64,000 nt of DNA from Sumerlaeia bacterium (GCA_040219255.1 JAVJSW010000004.1:113054-177053), one strand, 5' to 3'. Shown: positions 10,706-19,823, counted from the first letter of the stretch. The notes: a model not told the origin generated them from the letters alone. A program made the numbers and translations.

Positions 10706-10717
10706 GTTATCAATAAC
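10706..10717. promoter_or_regulatory. operator-like palindrome GTTATCAATAAC
   Basis: It has one mismatch to the perfect palindrome at 18102-18115 and lies in a non-coding gap. Confidence 0.4.
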
Positions 10718-10855
10718 TGAAAGCTTCTCCTGGGAAGGTTGGAACGGTCAGGAACGGTCCATTTTTCCGGATTGTAGCTATTTGGCGGCAAATACTGAGC
10801 CCAATGCGGCGAGGGTCGTGCCCAAAAAAAATCGTCGGTTGGAGCGATAAAAGGG

Positions 10856-10884
10856 TTGCATTAGGGCGGGGCGATTTCTAAGTT
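10856..10884 (+). promoter_or_regulatory. sigma70-like promoter candidate
   Basis: TTGCAT, a 17-bp spacer, then TAAGTT. An operator-like site starts 3 nt downstream. Confidence 0.4.
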
Positions 10885-10886
10885 GC

Positions 10887-10898
10887 GCTATCGATAAC
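10887..10898. promoter_or_regulatory. operator-like site GCTATCGATAAC
   Basis: It has one mismatch to GTTATCGATAAC and lies at the predicted +1 of the 10856-10884 promoter. Confidence 0.45.
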
Positions 10899-11262
10899 GG
10901 AGATGGGCCAGCCGGGTTCACGACAGCGCCAGGCTCGGTTATCTCTCCGGAAACCTAGAAGCCGTGAACGGCGCCTTGCGCAACGGCACTCCGCCGGAAA
11001 GCCATTACCTGTGGAACAGTCTCGAAAAGTTGGGTTGAATCAAAGGGGGCCCCAAGAATTTCGGGTTCCTTAACGTCGATCTTGAAGCTCTGGCGACGCC
11101 CTCCAAGACTGGCCACCTCTGGTATCGGGAATTCTTTCGAAGCCTGCGAAGAGAAACCCGCAAACAAAATAAAGACAGGAGGATACAGCGCTGACTGTCG
11201 GCGGATCGCATCTGAAAGGCAGTTGACAGATCGTTTGAACTGATCCGGTCAACCAGCAACAT

Positions 11263-11285
11263 CCACCGGTTTCGGTGGTTTATTT
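11263..11285 (+). terminator. intrinsic terminator-like hairpin with U-tract
   Basis: CCACCG-gttt-CGGTGG is followed by TTTATTT. It lies 58 nt upstream of the ATG at 11343. Confidence 0.55.
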
Positions 11286-11342
11286 CGCGCTCTTTGTTTT
11301 AGTTACCAAGTGCGCCCAACACTCCAGGAGACTCTACCCCTC

Positions 11343-12554
11343 ATGCGTATTTTCAACATCCCCTTCGCCGCCACTCTAGCGGCCACCCTCGCCTCGGCGA
11401 GCATCGCTAGCGCCCAGTATGGTCTGGTCGACAACTTCAATGGCACCGGCCGCAATGGCGACGGTGTGAACCTGTATGCCAACGGTACCGGATTCTTCGC
11501 CGGTGGTGGGGCAGGCGGCGGCGGCGGTGAATCCCCTGGTGATGGTCCCGACAGCAGCAAAGCCTTCGTAGCCGGCGGCGCGATCGGTGGCGGTTTCATC
11601 GGCTTTTCCACCACGGTCGCTGACACCGTGGGCGGCGATCCAGCAGTCGACATCACCCAGGTCGTCAACGGCATGGAAACCACCGGCTTGGTTCTCGATT
11701 TCAAAGACAATCAAGCGGATGGAGACGGCTATGCGGTGCGCCTCGAAAGCGGCGACTTCGCTAACTCGCGAACTTATGCCATTCCTAATGCGACGACCGA
11801 CACGTGGCGCATGCTTTCGATTCCGCTGGCGGGGGATGTCACCTATCCCGCCACCGATGCGGGTACCTTCAACCCCGCTGCGATCACGGCGATCGTGGTC
11901 CTTCCCACCGTTGAAGTGGGCGGCAACCACGACTACCGCGTCGACAACATTGGCTTCCTCAGCAACCGCGTCCCAACCGTCGGCGACATTGAAGATTTCC
12001 AGGATGAATCGGCCGGGGCGCTGACCATTGGTGCGGATCTGGCACCCACAGCCGCGACCAACTTGTTCGGCGGCATGACGGCGGGCTTCACCTTTGGCGG
12101 CGACACAATTTCCACGGCGGAAGTGGTCGACCTCGGCGCTGGCGACTTGGCCGGGCGCTGGTCGTTTAGCGGCGGCAACAGCGGCATCCTCTTTGATCTG
12201 GGCCCCGCCGAAGGCAGTCAGTCTGATGTGAGCGCCTACGACACCATCCGCCTCGACCTGGCGGTGGGCGAAGCTGGCGACGAAGTCATCATCCTGCTCG
12301 AAGACGCCTTCGCCGTCGACTTCGGCGAGCGCTGCACCTTCACCCCCGCGGTCACCACCACCCTGACCACGATTGATATCCCGATGGCTTCGCTGACCTG
12401 CGGCGCCCAGGGCCTCGCCACCGCCCAGTCCTGGGCTCAGCGCCTCACCGTGCTGACCAGCAACGATCAGGGCAATGGCATCGAAATCACTGTCGACAAC
12501 GTGCAGCTGATCGACAGCAGTGCGAGCGTCACGAACTGGAGAGCGGTGGACTGA
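11343..12554 (+). CDS. secreted protein with Gly-rich linker and CBM/CIA30-like beta-sandwich modules
   Basis: The signal peptide is MRIFNIPFAATLAATLASASIASAQ. The C-terminus ends with an ITVDNVQLID-type strand, as in carbohydrate-binding beta-sandwiches. The function is inferred only. Confidence 0.55.
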   Translation: MRIFNIPFAATLAATLASASIASAQYGLVDNFNGTGRNGDGVNLYANGTGFFAGGGAGGGGGESPGDGPDSSKAFVAGGAIGGGFIGFSTTVADTVGGDPAVDITQVVNGMETTGLVLDFKDNQADGDGYAVRLESGDFANSRTYAIPNATTDTWRMLSIPLAGDVTYPATDAGTFNPAAITAIVVLPTVEVGGNHDYRVDNIGFLSNRVPTVGDIEDFQDESAGALTIGADLAPTAATNLFGGMTAGFTFGGDTISTAEVVDLGAGDLAGRWSFSGGNSGILFDLGPAEGSQSDVSAYDTIRLDLAVGEAGDEVIILLEDAFAVDFGERCTFTPAVTTTLTTIDIPMASLTCGAQGLATAQSWAQRLTVLTSNDQGNGIEITVDNVQLIDSSASVTNWRAVD

Positions 12555-12763
12555 TAGGCTTGCGATGCTGGCGAACGCATAATCCACGTGCAGCGCCCCG
12601 ACCGTGATCCATCAATCTTGCGGCGGGCGATGTGACCGCCCTGGCGACGAACCCGGACATCTACATCGACAACCTGCAGATCACCTCCGGCGCGGCTTCC
12701 GTCGACGGCTGGGCTCTCTACCAGCAATCCAAGCCCACGGGCAACCTCTTGATGTGTAGTGGC

Positions 12764-12791
12764 AAACGGCGCGGGTGATTCCGCGCCGTTT
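12764..12791 (+). terminator. hairpin terminator candidate
   Basis: AAACGGCGCGG-gtgatt-CCGCGCCGTTT is a perfect 11-bp stem with a weak U-tract. Confidence 0.45.
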
Positions 12792-13003
12792 GTCGATTCC
12801 GCCCCCGATGTGGCAAGGAAGGGAGCAGCCTGACCCGAACCCGATTTTCTCATGATTGCGCTCTTTCCGAGTTCGCCCGTCCAGGAATTGCTGGCCGGAA
12901 CCGAACGGGGCGGGGCTGGAAGAATTGACACCTTGTCCAGTGACCTTTCCCGCCTCTGGCCCTTCGGGCGGATCGCGGGGGAGGAAGAAAGGAATTCTTC
13001 ACG

Positions 13004-14563
13004 ATGCGTCACCGAAAATCCCGGACCCTTCATTTCCGATCAGCGAAGTCGAAAATCCGCAGCGGGTTCTTCATCGCTCTGCTTGGCTTCATTTGCCTGT
13101 CGCCACCCGCCTTCCCCGCCATGGCGCAGGACCCGCCCGATTGGGTGGTGGACGACTTCGCCGATGGGGATCTCACCTCGAATCTAGATTGGACCTGGCA
13201 AACGTTCGCGACGGGAAACCGGGACGCGATCGGGTTGGCCGTGTCTTTCGATGGGACGCGTGGCAACCGGCTGACGGCCCGCGGTACCATCCCTGGCGAC
13301 GGCCATGGATTTGGCTATGCCGGTCTGCTGCTGTCGGCTCCGGGAGTGGGCAAGGAGGGGTTGGAGCACCTGGTGGCTTCGGACATCAAGGACTTCGATG
13401 GGGCCTATGGGCTCGCCTTCTGGGCGGCGTCGAACAAGCCGGACTACTACGCCGTCCGGATCGAGCAGCGAGGCCTGGGACCAAACTCGACCAACGTGGT
13501 GTTTCCCGTGACCGAGGAGATGCAGGAGTATCTGGTGCCGCTGAGGAAATTCACGAGCGGGGTCTCGGCGAGCACGGGACTGGCCTTTGTGCGGATGATC
13601 GAAGCGCCAGGCGATCACTTCCACCTGGAGCTGAAGGATGTCCGGATTGTGCGGGTGCCGCCGGCGGATCGGGCGCCACGGCTCGACATGGTGGCGGACT
13701 GGTCGCCCTCTCCGGAGATCGGCCTGCAAAACGCCCGGTTCCACAGCAAGCCGATGCTCCTCTACTTTTCGAGCGAATTCGCCAAGCCCTGCCAAGCCTT
13801 CGAGAACGAGCTGGTGCGGGAGAAGGCTTTCCCGGAACTGGCCGGCGCGTTCGTTCTCGCCAAGCTCGATGTGAACGATTACCAGACGCTGACCCGCCGC
13901 TGCGATATCTGGAAGGTGCCCGCCTTCGTCGCTCTCGAACCCGCCTCGGGAAGTATGACGACGCTTTACGCGGGCGTCGAGACGCAGGAGTTGGCGGAGG
14001 TCATGCGCTCGTACCTGACCAGCCGGCCGGAGACGGAAACCCCGGCCCAGCAGGCCACACCCGCCGCCAAGTACCAGATTGTTGAGATCGACCGCTTCTC
14101 GGACCGTAACACGCTGAACGAACTGGGCGGCACGTGGGGGGCGTTTTCCGCCGGGGATCGAGGCGATATCGCCTACCGCTTCACGGATCTTGGCAGTGGC
14201 AATCTGGCTCTGGAGGTTCGCGGAATCTATCCGGCGGGCCAGGGCGGGACCTATGGCGGCGTTTACTGCGATGTGACACCTGATCGGCAAAGCCCTCGCA
14301 ACCTGGCTGCTTGCCGTTGGATTTCCTTCGTTTGCCGGTCGGCGGAAGCCGGTTTCTATCAGTTGCACCTGGAGAATGAACGGGGCGAGTCCTCGCAGCC
14401 GGTGCGGTTCCGCGCCGAAACCAAACCGGCGCGGATCACTCTGCCAGTGGAGGGATTCGGGAGCATCGCCGAAACGGTCTCGACGATGGTCTGGACGCGC
14501 CCCAACCCGGTGGCGGGCGAGGAGTTCCACCTGGTGCTCGACGACGTGATCGCCATTCGGTGA
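13004..14563 (+). CDS. secreted protein: CBM/CIA30-like module, thioredoxin-fold module, CBM/CIA30-like module
   Basis: A strong SD (GGAGGAAGAAAGGA) precedes ATG 13004 and the product has a signal peptide. The central segment KPMLLYFSSEFAKPCQAFE...WKVPAFVAL has a thioredoxin-like layout. The flanking modules end in HLELKDVRIV and HLVLDDVIAI. Confidence 0.6.
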   Translation: MRHRKSRTLHFRSAKSKIRSGFFIALLGFICLSPPAFPAMAQDPPDWVVDDFADGDLTSNLDWTWQTFATGNRDAIGLAVSFDGTRGNRLTARGTIPGDGHGFGYAGLLLSAPGVGKEGLEHLVASDIKDFDGAYGLAFWAASNKPDYYAVRIEQRGLGPNSTNVVFPVTEEMQEYLVPLRKFTSGVSASTGLAFVRMIEAPGDHFHLELKDVRIVRVPPADRAPRLDMVADWSPSPEIGLQNARFHSKPMLLYFSSEFAKPCQAFENELVREKAFPELAGAFVLAKLDVNDYQTLTRRCDIWKVPAFVALEPASGSMTTLYAGVETQELAEVMRSYLTSRPETETPAQQATPAAKYQIVEIDRFSDRNTLNELGGTWGAFSAGDRGDIAYRFTDLGSGNLALEVRGIYPAGQGGTYGGVYCDVTPDRQSPRNLAACRWISFVCRSAEAGFYQLHLENERGESSQPVRFRAETKPARITLPVEGFGSIAETVSTMVWTRPNPVAGEEFHLVLDDVIAIR

Positions 14564-14592
14564 CCCGCCGTGAAGGAAAACAACAAAGGGCT

Positions 14593-14623
14593 GGCCGGCC
14601 AGGAATCGCTTTCCTGGCCGGCC
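14593..14623. terminator. bidirectional terminator hairpin between convergent genes
   Basis: GGCCGGCCAGGAA-tcgct-TTCCTGGCCGGCC is a perfect 13-bp stem. Confidence 0.6.
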
Positions 14624-14670
14624 GGTTCGTCTTCAAGAGTGGGAATTGACTTCGAGAGAGGGCGGGCTTC

Positions 14671-17600
14671 TCAGCCCAGGCGAACGTCGATCCGCCGGAA
14701 GAGTCCCTTGCGGACGCCGCGGGCGATATCTCCGCGGATGGCATCGGGCGCATAGGTCACGCCATCGAGGGAGTAGCTCCGCACCGAAACGCCGTCTGGC
14801 CCCCAAGTGTTTTTCATTTCCGGGTTGTGGTAAATCACGAGAGTCTTCCCGAAGGCCACGCAGACGAGGACGTTTCCGTGCAGGAAATCTTTGGCCCCTT
14901 GCCAGGCGATCGTTGCCGGCTCGGAGGAGAACCAGCGGGCAGGAAGAACGGGGGCGAGGCGGAACTGGAGCTGTCCGTCCTCGATGCTGAAGGGCCGCGC
15001 GCCGATGGTGAGCGCCAGCCAGATGTGGATGAATTCGGCGGTGCTACCGCTGAGGCGCGCCACAAAGCCGCGGCCCCGGGCCGCCGGATCGTGGTAATCG
15101 GAGGAGGCGATGTAGGAGCTGTTCTCGAAGATGCTGCGGCCGTAGCGCTCGGGCGCCATGAAGGGGACCAGCGAGGTCTCCGCTTCCTCGAAGAACTCGT
15201 CGTAGAGGCCATTGCGCAGAAGCTCGACGAGGAGCTTGTAGGACATGTGGACCCAGACGGAACCGTTCTCGTAGATGCCGCGGTTGAAGGTGCGGATGCG
15301 CCCGATGTCTCGGCTGCACGAGGAGAGGTCCTCGTTGAGCAAGAACATGCCAAGGGGCTCGTCGCGCAGGACCGATTCACGAATGGCCCGGTAGATGGCG
15401 CGGGCCTCGCCGGGGGACTTGGCGAGCCGCATCAGATGCACCTGGGCCTCGAGGAACAGGGGCAGCGGCGCTGGCGCGACAGCCCGGGCGGAAAGCTCGC
15501 CCCCGGCGGGTTCGCCGTCGCGCTGGAAATACATGTGGATGAGGGGCGAATCCTCGCGGCGCGAGGCTTCAATGGCCCGCGCTGTGAGACCTTCGATGGC
15601 ATTGAGCAAAGCTTCCACGGCGGCTTGCGGCACGGTTTCCAGAGCGACCCGATGCTGCGCGTAGGCGGCTTCGCGATAGGCCTCGCGGAGGTCCGCGGCG
15701 GCTTCCCAGTCGTAGCGCGGGGCCGACGCGATGGCGGTTGCCTTGGAGAGCAGATGGGCGGCGGGGGCGGGCAACTCGACGTGGCCGATGTCGCCGAGGT
15801 GAGCCTTGAGGTAGCGGGCGAGACGGGCGAGGGCGACGGTCTCGCCGACGGAGGACCCAAAGATTCCGGGCAGGCCATTGAGCGCGTCGTTCCACCCAGG
15901 GCGGCCCGCTTCCATTTCCATCCCACGGCCTTCCGGATCGAGGGTCATGGCTTTGAGCGCCGCCAGCAGGACAAGTTTGGCTCCGGCGCTGACCGGCGGC
16001 CAGGGCGCCTTGCGATCAGTCTCGCGGCGGGGCGCGAGGGCCCGGTACTGGCGCAGTTTTCCGCCGCGCGCTTCGACCCGCTCGGCCCGGGGCAGGACCC
16101 GGACCGGTGGCTCGAACCACCCCACCGGCTGACGCAGCGCCGGTCCGTGCTCGTCGGGCAGGACGGCGCGATGGGCTTCCAGCAAATCGACCAGATAAGC
16201 CCAGTGATCGATCCAATAGCCATCGTGATCGGATTTTCCGGAAAGACGAGCGTCGCAGCGGGAGAGCACGTTGGCGGCCCATTCCTCGGCGTTGGGCGGG
16301 TCGACGCGATAGCAGGCGAGCCAGAGGTGCAACTCGCCCGGCGAAAAGGGGCGCGCCAGAAGGGCGGCGAAGGCCTGGCGTGCTTGCGGCGATGCGGCGG
16401 GACACAGCTCGGCGGCGTCGCGTTCGGCGGGCAACTGCCAGCGGTACCCCTCCACCGACAGCGGATTGTAGCCGTCGGGCTGAATCAACTCAAGGAAGGC
16501 GGCGATTTCCGGGGCGCCCGCTTCGGGATGGAACCAACAGTCGTGGCGGCGATTCTGAAGGACATCGCGGAAGTTGCCGGCGCCCTCCGAGTAGGGATGG
16601 GCGGGTACCCGGAAATCATTGTAATCGCGCTCGAGATCGCCATGGCGCCGGGTGTAGAGGTGCACCGGCCGCGGGCCTTGGCGCGACGGAAAGAGCACCG
16701 GAACGCCGCCGCGCAGAACGTTATCCAGATAGTTCTGACGAACGTATCCATTGAGTTCCTTCGATGCGGTCTGGGCGATGGCGGGGACGGTGATGGCCTC
16801 GACAGCGCGGCGGCTTTCGGCCTGGACGGTTTGCTGGACGCCGGCCGGGGAAAAGGCTTCGATGAAGTCGTCGAGCAATTCGCTGGAGCGCGCGAAGCCC
16901 GCATAAGCGATGAGTTCGATGGAGGCTTCCGGGGCGAAAGTGACTTCGCCGGAGAGGGCGATGGCGCAGGGAAGGCGGTTACTCCACACCTGCTGCCGCT
17001 CATCGAAATCGCCGTTGAGAAACGCCTCGGGGCGGACGAAGTTGCCACCCGGACCGAAAAAGGCGTCCGGGTCGACGGCCATCGCCATGGCTCGGGCGCC
17101 CGCCTCCTCTTGAAGCCAGGCCCCATAGAAGGTGGTTTCCGAAAGCGCTTCGACGCAGGCCTCGTCGCTCATCGAGGTGGGCAGGGAGAAGGTGGCGGGA
17201 CCGCCCGGGTGCTGGCCCACGGTGACAAACGCCTCGCTGATGCGGCGCAGGCGCTTGAGAGAATAATCGGAGACGCCGGAGGGCACGATCACGGGCAGGC
17301 CGTCGGCGATTCGGGCGGTCCGGGGGCGCGGCGCCAGATTGGTGATTCGCACCCGGCGGCACAGAGCGGGCACCGGGCTGGACACCACGGTGCAATACTG
17401 CACCTCGGTTTGCCAGAGGGCATGCTCGTTGCGGTCGACCAGGGAGAGGGCGTGGGGCTCGATCGAGAGTCGGCGCTTGGCCGTTTCTCCGAAGGGCGAG
17501 TGGTTGGCAAAGGGCTCGTAGTAGGTTCCGTCCCCTTCTTGCAGAAAGGTGCGGAACCCATAGAGGCTGACGAGCTGGTAGGCCCAGGTGGAGGAGAAAA

Positions 17601-17841
17601 ACTCGCCGATGGCGTGGTCCTTGTCCTCGTAGCCGAAGGAGCAGACACCCTGGCCCCGATTGACGTACATGCACCACAGAGGGGCGCCGAGAGGGCCGGC
17701 GATTCCGGGGAGGAAACTGGCGAAGGGATACTGGCGGTCGAATTGAGCGATCTCATAGGCGGCGTTGTCGCAAGCGCGCCAGGGAGATCCCTCCCATCCC
17801 GTCCGGGATGCAACACGGTGTGAATTCGCTTTCAGGATCAT
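14671..17841 (-). CDS. GH94-like glycoside phosphorylase (candidate beta-1,3-glucan / laminari-oligosaccharide phosphorylase, GH149/GH161-type)
   Basis: 1056 aa from ATG 17841 (MILKANSH...) with no signal peptide. The GRPGWNDALNGLPG segment resembles the catalytic (D/G)WNDxLN region of GH94-clan phosphorylases. The size and the beta-glucan gene neighbourhood fit. Confidence 0.55.
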   Translation of the reverse strand: MILKANSHRVASRTGWEGSPWRACDNAAYEIAQFDRQYPFASFLPGIAGPLGAPLWCMYVNRGQGVCSFGYEDKDHAIGEFFSSTWAYQLVSLYGFRTFLQEGDGTYYEPFANHSPFGETAKRRLSIEPHALSLVDRNEHALWQTEVQYCTVVSSPVPALCRRVRITNLAPRPRTARIADGLPVIVPSGVSDYSLKRLRRISEAFVTVGQHPGGPATFSLPTSMSDEACVEALSETTFYGAWLQEEAGARAMAMAVDPDAFFGPGGNFVRPEAFLNGDFDERQQVWSNRLPCAIALSGEVTFAPEASIELIAYAGFARSSELLDDFIEAFSPAGVQQTVQAESRRAVEAITVPAIAQTASKELNGYVRQNYLDNVLRGGVPVLFPSRQGPRPVHLYTRRHGDLERDYNDFRVPAHPYSEGAGNFRDVLQNRRHDCWFHPEAGAPEIAAFLELIQPDGYNPLSVEGYRWQLPAERDAAELCPAASPQARQAFAALLARPFSPGELHLWLACYRVDPPNAEEWAANVLSRCDARLSGKSDHDGYWIDHWAYLVDLLEAHRAVLPDEHGPALRQPVGWFEPPVRVLPRAERVEARGGKLRQYRALAPRRETDRKAPWPPVSAGAKLVLLAALKAMTLDPEGRGMEMEAGRPGWNDALNGLPGIFGSSVGETVALARLARYLKAHLGDIGHVELPAPAAHLLSKATAIASAPRYDWEAAADLREAYREAAYAQHRVALETVPQAAVEALLNAIEGLTARAIEASRREDSPLIHMYFQRDGEPAGGELSARAVAPAPLPLFLEAQVHLMRLAKSPGEARAIYRAIRESVLRDEPLGMFLLNEDLSSCSRDIGRIRTFNRGIYENGSVWVHMSYKLLVELLRNGLYDEFFEEAETSLVPFMAPERYGRSIFENSSYIASSDYHDPAARGRGFVARLSGSTAEFIHIWLALTIGARPFSIEDGQLQFRLAPVLPARWFSSEPATIAWQGAKDFLHGNVLVCVAFGKTLVIYHNPEMKNTWGPDGVSVRSYSLDGVTYAPDAIRGDIARGVRKGLFRRIDVRLG

Positions 17842-18101
17842 GATCGTGTGAGCCTTAGGGGGTCGAATCGCTTCATGGGCGGCTGGGCGGTCATCGTGGA
17901 ATTCGATTTGTCGCCAAAGCACGGCGGGGCCGGGAGCGCTTCGTTAAAGTTATCTTACCACAGCGGTCCCGTCCGCGCTCGGAAGGTGAGTCGATTGGCA
18001 GCCAAGGGAAGAGTCCGGCGGCGGAAATCGCTTGCAAGAAGAGGTTTTCGTTCACAGCCAGGATCGGCGGAGAAGGCGTGATCGCCGCCGGATTCCGAGC
18101 G

Positions 18102-18115
18102 AGTTATCGATAACT
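18102..18115. promoter_or_regulatory. perfect 14-bp palindrome AGTTATCGATAACT, candidate LacI-family operator (archetype)
   Basis: It lies in the divergent intergenic region between the phosphorylase gene and the LacI-family gene. It has the central CG typical of LacI-family operators. Confidence 0.6.
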
Positions 18116-18281
18116 AACAACTGCGTCGCGGTGTGGTCAATAGCTTTCCGCGAAAAAGTTGGAGCGCTTCGCCCGGCCGCCTCCGGGGTCAGTTTCCCCT
18201 AGCTGACAAGCTTTGTCGGGGGTACCTCATCGCGCGATGCGTTTACCGCCAGCCCTCCCCCTAAGGAATCCGCGAGCGACG

Positions 18282-19385
18282 ATGGCCAAGAAAACAGGGA
18301 CGGGGAAAACCCCACGCGAAAAAAAAGGGACCCCCGGCGGGGCCGTGTCCGCCGAGGAGGTCGCCCGTCTGGCCGGCGTTTCGGTGATGACTGTGAGCCG
18401 GGCGCTGCGGGGCACGTCCGGCGTGTCTCTCAAGACGCGCGACCGGATCGTTCGGATCGCTTCGGACCTGGGCTATCAGCCCAGCCTGGCGGCCCGCAGC
18501 CTGCGCACCGGCCGCATCGAAACCATCGGGTTTCTGATCTGGAGCCATGACGCCCTGCGGGGCGGTTATCACTCCGAGTCCCTCGCCGGCATCGATTCGG
18601 TGGCGAGCGAGCAAGGCTATAACGTGCTGCTGACGGTGGCTCCACCGAACGTGAGCATGGGAGATTACGCGCGGCGGCTGATCCACGAGCGCCGCGTCGG
18701 CAGCCTGGTTCTGCAGGGCTCGCGCCTCTCGCCCCAGGACCTGAAGGACCTGGCGGAGGTGCAAACGCCAAAGGTCTTCATCAATTACACGGGCAAACTC
18801 GCCACGAACGCGCAGGGCGCCTGCTGCGTCGGGTTCGACAACCACGATGGCATCGAGCAGGCGGTGCGGCACCTGGTGGCGCTGGGTCACGAACGCATCG
18901 CGTACATCGGCGGCACGCCGACGGACCGCGACGCCATCGAGCGCGAAGAGGGCTTTCGCGCCGCCATGATGAAGCTCAAGCTGGCGGTCAACCCCGACTG
19001 GATCCGGCCCGGCGATTTCGCCCACGCCATCGAAGCCGGCCAGGCCCAGGGCGATTACCTGATCGCCGAAGGCAGCGGTGGCCCGACCGCCATCGTCTGC
19101 GCGGCGGACTCCATCGCTTATGGCGTCCTGACGAGCGCCCGCCGGGCCGAATTGGATCTGCCGCGTCAGCTCTCCGTCGTCGGCTTCGACGACGATCTGG
19201 CCGCCGCCCATGTGGTGCCGCCGCTGACGACGCTGAACCACAGCGGCTGGGATTTGGGCCAGCGGGCCGGCAAGGAATTGCTGCGCCAGATCGCCGGGGA
19301 AGCCACTGGCAATCAGACCGTTGTGCTGAAGACCCGGCTGGTGGTGCGCAACTCCACCGCCAGTCCGGCGGAGCCGCGGCGCTAA
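18282..19385 (+). CDS. LacI-family transcriptional regulator
   Basis: The HTH segment is VSAEEVARLAGVSVMTVSRALRG, followed by a periplasmic-binding-protein-like core (IGFLIW..., GHERIAYIGG, VVGFDD). ATG at 18282 lies inside the longer ORF. Confidence 0.9.
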   Translation: MAKKTGTGKTPREKKGTPGGAVSAEEVARLAGVSVMTVSRALRGTSGVSLKTRDRIVRIASDLGYQPSLAARSLRTGRIETIGFLIWSHDALRGGYHSESLAGIDSVASEQGYNVLLTVAPPNVSMGDYARRLIHERRVGSLVLQGSRLSPQDLKDLAEVQTPKVFINYTGKLATNAQGACCVGFDNHDGIEQAVRHLVALGHERIAYIGGTPTDRDAIEREEGFRAAMMKLKLAVNPDWIRPGDFAHAIEAGQAQGDYLIAEGSGGPTAIVCAADSIAYGVLTSARRAELDLPRQLSVVGFDDDLAAAHVVPPLTTLNHSGWDLGQRAGKELLRQIAGEATGNQTVVLKTRLVVRNSTASPAEPRR

Positions 19386-19417
19386 CCCTCCGCGGCCCGC
19401 CAAAGATACGCTCCATT

Positions 19418-19431
19418 AGTTAACGTTATCT
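19418..19431. promoter_or_regulatory. operator-like site AGTTAACGTTATCT
   Basis: It lies 33 nt after the lacI-family stop and upstream of the pseudopilin gene. It is a degenerate version of the motif. Confidence 0.35.
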
Positions 19432-19730
19432 CGATTGCGGCGCGCCGATTCCCATCTCGCCCCGAGAGCCCCTTCTCTGCCCGCCAGATCCCCGAACAAT
19501 CCCAGAGATCATTGTCATTGGAGACGTTGCCGTCGGCGATCGACCGAGCGGAGGTCTTGAGATAGCAAGGCAGGGCCCTTTGAATTTGGCCTCGCAGCAA
19601 AAAAAATGAGGCGCCGCCTCTTTACACAAACCTTTGTTGGAAAACGCTTTAGAGAATACGAAGAGGCCTCTTCGGGGCGCGTTCTTGGGGCCTGCTCATT
19701 TTTTCCTTGCCAGAGCGAAGGTGGATGAGG

Positions 19731-19746
19731 AACGTTATCGTTATCT
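19731..19746. promoter_or_regulatory. operator-like site AACGTTATCGTTATCT
   Basis: It lies 78 nt upstream of ATG 19824 and is preceded by TTGCCA at 19707-19712. Confidence 0.4.
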
Positions 19747-19823
19747 CTGTCGGACCGGTCTACTCCCCGCAGGCCCCAGCCGCACCACCGTTCTTCCCGA
19801 AAACCCCGCAAAGGACCCATCCC

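Noticed and set aside
10339-10791. 150-aa minus-strand ORF (TTG start), plus the overlapping 10400..10678, 10421..10657 and 10465..10716 ORFs.
   Set aside because: The start is a non-ATG codon without an SD. The ORF overlaps the 3' end of the 9819..10403 gene, the sequence is Arg-rich low-complexity, and no motif is recognisable.
10404-11342. Possible tmRNA (ssrA), given smpB 2 kb upstream, or another housekeeping RNA such as RNase P or 6S.
   Set aside because: I could not find a tRNA-like acceptor or T-arm (GGTTCGA-type T-loop with a terminal CCA context) or a tag-peptide reading frame. I retained the region only as an unclassified leader or sRNA candidate.
19382-19820. Minus-strand ORFs of 67-101 aa in the lacI-pseudopilin intergenic region. 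Also a 16-nt palindrome CGAAGAGGCCTCTTCG (19659-19674) and a weak minus-strand hairpin with a T8 run near 19590-19615.
   Set aside because: The ORFs have no SD or motif and lie in an AT-rich regulatory gap. The hairpins have very short stems or loops and no upstream gene to terminate, so they are not reported as features.
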